Source of the DNA: Deltaproteobacteria bacterium
GTDB taxonomy: Bacteria; Desulfobacterota; Binatia; UBA12015
NCBI GenBank assembly: GCA_046583355.1
Contig: JAYGCM010000046.1
Location: 1 to 11,420 of the forward strand
DNA length: 11,420 bases
Direction: 5' to 3'
Below the pieces are notes generated by a model that made no database searches, was not told the DNA's origin, and saw only the letters and a list, made by a program, of their open reading frames with translations. Of the stretch, positions 6,579 to 11,420 are shown piece after piece (within the stretch, counting starts at the first letter, position 1; each line of letters starts with the position of its first letter). The position numbers and the translations under genes are program-made.

Positions 6579-7475
6579 ATGAGCACAGCCGAAATCCGGA
6601 AGGTTGGCGTCTTGGGCGCCGGACAAATGGGCCGCGGTATCGCGCAAGTCAGCGCGCAATCGGGCTATGAGACGATTCTCGTCAAAGCCACGCCTGGTGA
6701 TACCGCAAAAATCGAAGAGAGAATCCTCGGTGGCTGGGACCGCCTCGTCGGCAAGGGCCGCATGGAGCAGACCGACCGCGATGCCGCTGCTGGCCGCATC
6801 ACGGTGACCACTGATTTCGACCAGCTCGGCTCTTGCGACCTCATCATTGAGTCGATCATCGAAGACCTCGACATCAAGCACGATGCCTTCGCCCGCCTCG
6901 ATGCGATCTGCGGCGAGTCCACCATCTTCAGCAGCAATACCTCGACGCTGGGCATCACGGAGATGGCGATGAAGACCAAACGCCCCGAGCGCTTCGTCGG
7001 CCTGCATTTCTTCAACCCGGCGCCGGCCATGAAACTTGTCGAGGTTGCCCGAACCCTGCGCACTGACGCCGATGTCACCGAGGCCGCGCGGGCGTTTGCC
7101 GAGAGCTGTGGCAAGACACCGGTGGTCCTCAACGACTCGACCGGCTTCATCGTGAACCGCCTCCTGGTTCCTTATATGATCGACGCGATGATCGAATGGC
7201 AGCGCGGCAACGGCAGCATCGACGGCATCGATACGGCCATGTGCAACGGCGCCGCGCACCCGATGGGCCCGTTCACCCTGGCTGATTTCATTGGCCTCGA
7301 CGTGGTCCACGAGATGGCCAACAACCTCTACGAGGAATATGGCGAGGCTCGCTTCGCACCGCCCCCCATCCTGCGCCGCCTGCTTCTCGCGGGCCAGCTC
7401 GGCCGCAAAACCAAGCTCGGCTTCTACGACTACTCCGAGCGCCCGGCCTCGGTGAACCCCGCCCTGACGCGCTGA
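6579..7475 (+). CDS. hbd: 3-hydroxybutyryl-CoA / 3-hydroxyacyl-CoA dehydrogenase
   Basis: VGVLGAGQMGRGIAQ (Rossmann), IIESIIEDL, SSNTSTL, VGLHFFNPAPAMKLVEV (catalytic His/Glu), GFIVNRLL, HPMGPFTLADFIGLD and LGRKTKLGFYDY. 298 aa. Confidence 0.93.
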   Translation: MSTAEIRKVGVLGAGQMGRGIAQVSAQSGYETILVKATPGDTAKIEERILGGWDRLVGKGRMEQTDRDAAAGRITVTTDFDQLGSCDLIIESIIEDLDIKHDAFARLDAICGESTIFSSNTSTLGITEMAMKTKRPERFVGLHFFNPAPAMKLVEVARTLRTDADVTEAARAFAESCGKTPVVLNDSTGFIVNRLLVPYMIDAMIEWQRGNGSIDGIDTAMCNGAAHPMGPFTLADFIGLDVVHEMANNLYEEYGEARFAPPPILRRLLLAGQLGRKTKLGFYDYSERPASVNPALTR

Positions 7476-7522
7476 GTCATAGAGCGCGACGAAAGCGTCG
7501 CCATGCGGTACGATAGAAGAAG

Positions 7523-8455
7523 ATGGCAAAACTTCTGATCAGCGGGATTGCCGGCAGCCTGGGCCGGCGCCTCGTGCATCTGGCCGATGGTCGATTCGAG
7601 ACCATCGGCATCGACCGAGCTGCCACGCCGATGCCGATCGAGGAGGACGAAGTACGCACCTGGGTCGCCAGCCCGCACAGCCGGCGTTTTATCGAAATCC
7701 TGGAACGCGAGCAGCCCGACGCGTTCCTCCTGCTGCCACCGGCGAGCACCGAAATAGACGCCCTTGCGGGATTTGCGGCCGATATGCGGCGCCTCCTGGA
7801 GCTTGCCGCCGAGCATAGCGTCCGCCAAATCGTATTGGTGTCGACCGCGCGCGCCTATGGAGCCGCCCGCGACACCCCGCTCTACCTCGACGAAGAAGCT
7901 CCCCTGCGGCTGACCACCAACGACCGTGCCCTGCGCGCCCGCATCGAAGCCGATGCCTGCGCGCTTGGCTTTCTCTGGCAACACCCGGAAATCCGCATCG
8001 CCCTGCTCCGGCCGGCCCTCGTCTCCGGCGGGTCAGGGGCCGATTCTATCGACCCGCTGCTGGCTGCGGCACCCGCGGCCACGTTGCTCGGCTTCGACCC
8101 GCTGATTCAACTCCTGCACGAAGAAGATCTGGCGCGTGCGATTCTGCTGGCAGTAGAGCATCAACTCAAAGGCCCCTTCAACCTCGCCGGGCCCGGTGCC
8201 CTTCCGCTGCACCGCGCCATAGACGAGGCAGGCGGCACCGCGCTCGCGCTTCCTGAGCCGCTACTCCGGCTGGCCGCTGGCCTACTCGAACTCTGTGGTG
8301 TCCACATGCCGCCGTCAGGCGAGTTCGATTTTCTGCGCTTTCCCTGCACCGTCGACGACGCACGCTTTCGCGCCGCGACAGGATTCAACCACCAATGGAC
8401 TCTGCCAGACATCTTCACGCAATTGAGGGCGGCGCCGCTTCAGCGGGCCGCCTGA
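7523..8455 (+). CDS. NAD-dependent epimerase/dehydratase family (extended SDR), atypical active site
   Basis: LLISGIAGSLG (GxxGxxG), IGID, LVSTARAYGA, LDEEAPL, ALLRPA, LGFDPLIQLLHEEDLARA and GPFNLAGPG. No YxxxK at the expected position (DRALRARIEAD). Confidence 0.88.
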   Translation: MAKLLISGIAGSLGRRLVHLADGRFETIGIDRAATPMPIEEDEVRTWVASPHSRRFIEILEREQPDAFLLLPPASTEIDALAGFAADMRRLLELAAEHSVRQIVLVSTARAYGAARDTPLYLDEEAPLRLTTNDRALRARIEADACALGFLWQHPEIRIALLRPALVSGGSGADSIDPLLAAAPAATLLGFDPLIQLLHEEDLARAILLAVEHQLKGPFNLAGPGALPLHRAIDEAGGTALALPEPLLRLAAGLLELCGVHMPPSGEFDFLRFPCTVDDARFRAATGFNHQWTLPDIFTQLRAAPLQRAA

Positions 8456-9393
8456 AGCGCGCCGAGTTTCCCCAGCCGCTGACGCTGGAAGACCTGCGCG
8501 CGGGCGCTGCGTCACGCGCCGGCGCGCTGCTCGACTCCGTTGTCCGCGGCATCGACGAACTCGGGCCGCGCGCCTTGGCCGACCTGCAAACAGAAGTCGA
8601 TTCCACTCTGCTGCAGCTTTCCCTGTCGGTAAACGAATTGGGCTACGATGCCTGGGGCTTCCATAAAAGCGAAGCCCGAATCCCCATGCTCGCCGCAGCC
8701 GGCCTCTACCGGCATTGGTTCCGCGTACGCGTGCAGGGTCTCGAGAATTTGCCGCAGGGCCGTTTCGTGCTCGCCGCCAACCACGGGGGCCACCTGCCTT
8801 TCGATGCGGCCATGCTGGCTACCGCCTGCCTCCTTGAAGGTACGCCGCCACGCCTGCCACGCATGATGATCTCGGCGGCTCTGAGCGCGACCGCTGCCGT
8901 CACCTCGGTGGCGCGCAGCATCGGCGGCGTACCCTTCACGCCCGCCAATGCGCGGCGGCTATTGCGCCGCGACGAGGGCCTGATCACCTTCCCGGAAGGA
9001 TTGCGCGGTCTCTCCAAGCCCTCGTCTGCACAATATCGACTCGGCCGATTTTCGCCAGCCTTCTTCCGCGCCGCTCTGGAATCCGACGCGCCGATTTTGC
9101 CGGTAGCAATCGTCGGCAGCGAAGAACAAATCCCCGCTATTTTTTCATTGGAGAAGCTGGCCCGTTGGCTCGGCCTGCCCTCGCTGCCAATCACACCGAC
9201 CTTCCCGCTTTTGGGACCGCTAGGCCTGATCCCGCTACCAAGCCGCTACACGATCCAGATCGGCGCACCGATCCGTGCGCGCGGCGACGCGCACGACGAG
9301 GCCGACGCTCTCCGCGGCCCGATCGAGTCCGTGCGCGACGAGATCCAAACCATGCTCGACCAGATCCTCGACGCACGTCAGACTATTTTCTAG
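8395..9393 (+). CDS. Lysophospholipid/glycerol acyltransferase family protein (PlsC/MGAT-like)
   Basis: GYDAWGF, LYRHWFRVRVQGLENLP, ANHGGHLPFD (catalytic His/Asp), TFPEG, PILPVAIVGSEE and LIPLPSRYTIQIGAPI. Start is uncertain: ATG 8395 overlaps the SDR by 61 nt, and a CTG at 8452 overlapping the SDR stop is an alternative. Confidence 0.9.
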   Translation: MDSARHLHAIEGGAASAGRLKRAEFPQPLTLEDLRAGAASRAGALLDSVVRGIDELGPRALADLQTEVDSTLLQLSLSVNELGYDAWGFHKSEARIPMLAAAGLYRHWFRVRVQGLENLPQGRFVLAANHGGHLPFDAAMLATACLLEGTPPRLPRMMISAALSATAAVTSVARSIGGVPFTPANARRLLRRDEGLITFPEGLRGLSKPSSAQYRLGRFSPAFFRAALESDAPILPVAIVGSEEQIPAIFSLEKLARWLGLPSLPITPTFPLLGPLGLIPLPSRYTIQIGAPIRARGDAHDEADALRGPIESVRDEIQTMLDQILDARQTIF

Positions 9394-9421
9394 AGGAACG
9401 GCCCAAAAGAGGCCCAGGCGC

Positions 9422-10174
9422 TCAATCCAGAGGAAGACGCAGCAAGAAATGCCCGCCGCTCGGCTCGCCATCAGCGACTTCGATTTCGCCGCCGTAGGCA
9501 CGAGCCAGACAACGGGCCACAAAAAGGCCGACACCCATGCCACCGGGTCGGGTCGTGAAGAAGGGCTTGAAGACCTCTTCGCGCTGCGCCAAGGGCACGC
9601 CCTTGCCGGCGTCGAGCACCTCGACAATAAGCGAATCGTACGCAAGCTTGCCGCCTTCAACGCGCGCGCGAAAATCGACCACGCCACCCTCGGGGGAGAA
9701 CGCAACGGCGTTGTCGAGCAGCACGGTCAATACTTGCTTTACGACCTCGCGCGGGACCAGCAGGTCGGGTAGATCCGCCGGCGCTTCGGCGCGGACACGC
9801 AGACCTTTCACGCTACCCGCCGAGGCCGTATGCAGCTCCAACTCGCGCAGCATCTCGCCTACGGGCCACAGATCCCCCTCACCGACGGCGGGCGCTACTG
9901 CCGCCCGCGTGATGCTGGCGACAAGATCGCTCACTCGTTGCAATTCCTCGAGCGCGAGTGCGTAATAGCTTGAGCGAAACTCCGGGTCGCTCTCCCAGCG
10001 CTCGGGGACCAATTCGACAAAGGTGCGGATCGTCGTGAGTGGATTTCCCAGATTGTGGACGATGCCGGCAAGCAGCGTATTCAGCGAGGCAAGATGCTCG
10101 GCGCGCTGCAACCGTCGCTCAAGGTCGCGGATCTCTGCTGCCGCGTCGCGCGCGAGACCTGTCGCGACGCTCAT
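9422..10174 (-). CDS. Cytoplasmic HisKA/HATPase_c histidine kinase-like protein without sensor domain
   Basis: Short coiled coil (LERRLQRAEHLASL), H-box AGIVHNLGNPLTTI, N-box QVLTVLLDNA, G1 DAGKGV, F-box VFKPFFTTR, G2 GMGVGL. An in-frame TAA 9 codons upstream of the ATG excludes a longer N-terminus. Confidence 0.9.
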   Translation of the reverse strand: MSVATGLARDAAAEIRDLERRLQRAEHLASLNTLLAGIVHNLGNPLTTIRTFVELVPERWESDPEFRSSYYALALEELQRVSDLVASITRAAVAPAVGEGDLWPVGEMLRELELHTASAGSVKGLRVRAEAPADLPDLLVPREVVKQVLTVLLDNAVAFSPEGGVVDFRARVEGGKLAYDSLIVEVLDAGKGVPLAQREEVFKPFFTTRPGGMGVGLFVARCLARAYGGEIEVADGEPSGGHFLLRLPLD

Positions 10175-10400
10175 GATGCGCCCACTCCGGTACCTTTGTT
10201 ACATCCCGCAACCTGCTCTGGCCTCACCACTTCCTCCACTCCTCCGCACCCCTACCAGCGCCAAGCGCCGCCCGTTGCCGTCTCCATAACCCTCAAAAGG
10301 CCGGTCGCATGCACCCAGCCCTCCCGCCTTATGCCGGATTTCCGCCCCGACAGCAAAGCCGTCGGCTTGAAACCGGGCCGCGCTTGCGCAAAGCAGCGCC

Positions 10401-11420
10401 ATGGCGCACGGCAAAAGCTCCCGACTCGGCAATCTTCTCCTGACCGGTTTTATCGGACGGAAGCTCACCGATTCGGTCGCCACACGCCTGGTCGCCTTGC
10501 GCCCCGCCGGCGTCGTGCTCTTTGCCCGCAACGTCGGCACGCCCGAAGAACTCACGATGCTCACGCGCGACCTGCGCCGCGTGCTCGGGGCCAACGCCAT
10601 CATCTCGGTTGACCAGGAAGGTGGCCGGGTGACGCGGCTGCGGGCGCCCTTTACGCAATGGCCGCCAATGCGCGAGGTCGGCACCATTCCGGGAACGAAA
10701 ATTGCGCGCCGCATTGGTTTCGCTTTGGGTCAGGAGCTGGCCTCGGTCGGCATCAATACCGATTTTGCACCGGTGCTCGATGTCGACAGCAACCCGAATA
10801 ACCCGATCATCGGCGACCGCGCCTTTGCCGCTGAACCGGCCCGGGTAGCGCGCCTCGCACTTGCCTTCGCCGCGGGCCTGGAAGAAGCCGGCATCCGCGC
10901 TTGCGGCAAGCACTTCCCCGGCCATGGCGACACGCACGAAGACTCGCATTTCGGTCTGCCCGTCGTGAATCGCTCGCGCCGCGATCTCGACCGCCTCGAG
11001 CTTGCCCCCTTTCGTCGCGCCGTGCGCGCGGGGCTGTCCTTTCTCATGACCGCGCATATCGTCTACCCGCAGCTCGATGCCGAAAACCCGGCCACTCTCT
11101 CGCGCACGATTCTGCACGACCTGCTGCGTAAGGAGTTCGGCTTCGACGGAGTCATCGCCAGCGACGATCTGGCCATGGAGGCGCTCTCTGGCATCGGCGG
11201 CGTCGGAGCCCGCGCCGTTGCCGCCGTAGGTGCGGGATGCGATCTCATTCTTGCCTGCCAAAGGCTCGGCGACGGCGAGAAGGCCGTCGCGGCACTGGCT
11301 TCGGCCGAGCGTCGTGGGCGCCTCGACCCGGCTGCCATCCGCGCCAGCCTGGGCCGTGTCCGCGCGCTCCGCCGTAGCCTCACTGACACTCGCCGCCGTC
11401 CCGTCACCACAGCCGAGGCC
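10401..11420 (+). CDS. nagZ: Beta-N-acetylhexosaminidase (GH3), runs off the right edge
   Basis: Manual translation from ATG 10401, open for 340 codons: GVVLFARN, ISVDQEGGRVTRL, FAPVLDV, IIGDRAF, KHFPGHGDTHEDSH (NagZ signature), LMTAHIVY, PATLS, SDDLAM (nucleophile Asp) and AGCDLIL. Confidence 0.95.
   Translation, partial: MAHGKSSRLGNLLLTGFIGRKLTDSVATRLVALRPAGVVLFARNVGTPEELTMLTRDLRRVLGANAIISVDQEGGRVTRLRAPFTQWPPMREVGTIPGTKIARRIGFALGQELASVGINTDFAPVLDVDSNPNNPIIGDRAFAAEPARVARLALAFAAGLEEAGIRACGKHFPGHGDTHEDSHFGLPVVNRSRRDLDRLELAPFRRAVRAGLSFLMTAHIVYPQLDAENPATLSRTILHDLLRKEFGFDGVIASDDLAMEALSGIGGVGARAVAAVGAGCDLILACQRLGDGEKAVAALASAERRGRLDPAAIRASLGRVRALRRSLTDTRRRPVTTAEA

Noticed and set aside
7486..7501. 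Hairpin GCGACG-AAAG-CGTCGC after hbd as an intrinsic terminator
   Set aside because: Only a 6-bp stem and no U-tract. It may be a pause or stability element, but a terminator call is not supported.
6564..7529. 321-aa minus-strand ORF
   Set aside because: Antisense to the well-supported hbd, with no family motifs.
10252..10287. 11-aa ORF METATGGAWRW as a Trp attenuator leader
   Set aside because: SD spacing is very short, no terminator/antiterminator is visible, and no trp-related genes lie downstream.
10199..10714. Minus-strand ORF in frame with the kinase, suggesting a lost sensor domain or stop read-through
   Set aside because: Mostly antisense to nagZ and shows no PAS, GAF, receiver or transmembrane character, so there is no support for a pseudogenised sensor.
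10329..11261. 310-aa minus-strand ORF
   Set aside because: Antisense shadow of nagZ.
1..11420. CRISPR arrays, IS/integrase genes, tRNA/rRNA, cobalamin riboswitch upstream of ecm, defence systems
   Set aside because: No repeat-spacer periodicity, transposase motifs or RNA gene signatures seen by eye. The 43-nt gap before ecm is too short for a cobalamin riboswitch. An Infernal/Rfam scan would be the decisive test.

Overview
A GC-rich, densely coding bacterial housekeeping/metabolic window with no mobile elements, CRISPR arrays or RNA genes that I can see. A Binatota/Myxococcota-like origin is my inference from gene content and is unverified. From left to right: (i) a minus-strand chain of overlapping genes: a candidate 48-aa small ORF, a stand-alone COG1058/CinA-N protein, an exported hypothetical protein, the yihA/engB GTPase and the 5' end of a probable glutamate racemase (murI, not in the ORF track); (ii) a divergent bolA; (iii) a partial ethylmalonyl-CoA pathway cluster with methylsuccinyl-CoA dehydrogenase (mcd) and B12-dependent ethylmalonyl-CoA mutase (ecm/meaA), preceded by an orphan CusF-like lipoprotein and divergent from a 3-hydroxybutyryl-CoA dehydrogenase that lacks the usual NAD-selecting acidic residue; the 83-bp divergent spacer holds a sigma54-type -24/-12 match, a direct repeat and an 18-bp palindrome; (iv) an atypical extended SDR plus acyltransferase pair; (v) a sensor-less orphan histidine kinase with a non-canonical H-box; (vi) nagZ running off the right edge (not in the ORF track). 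The best leads are the variant ethylmalonyl-CoA module with its regulatory spacer, the small coupled ORF, the degenerate kinase and signs of leaderless gene starts.
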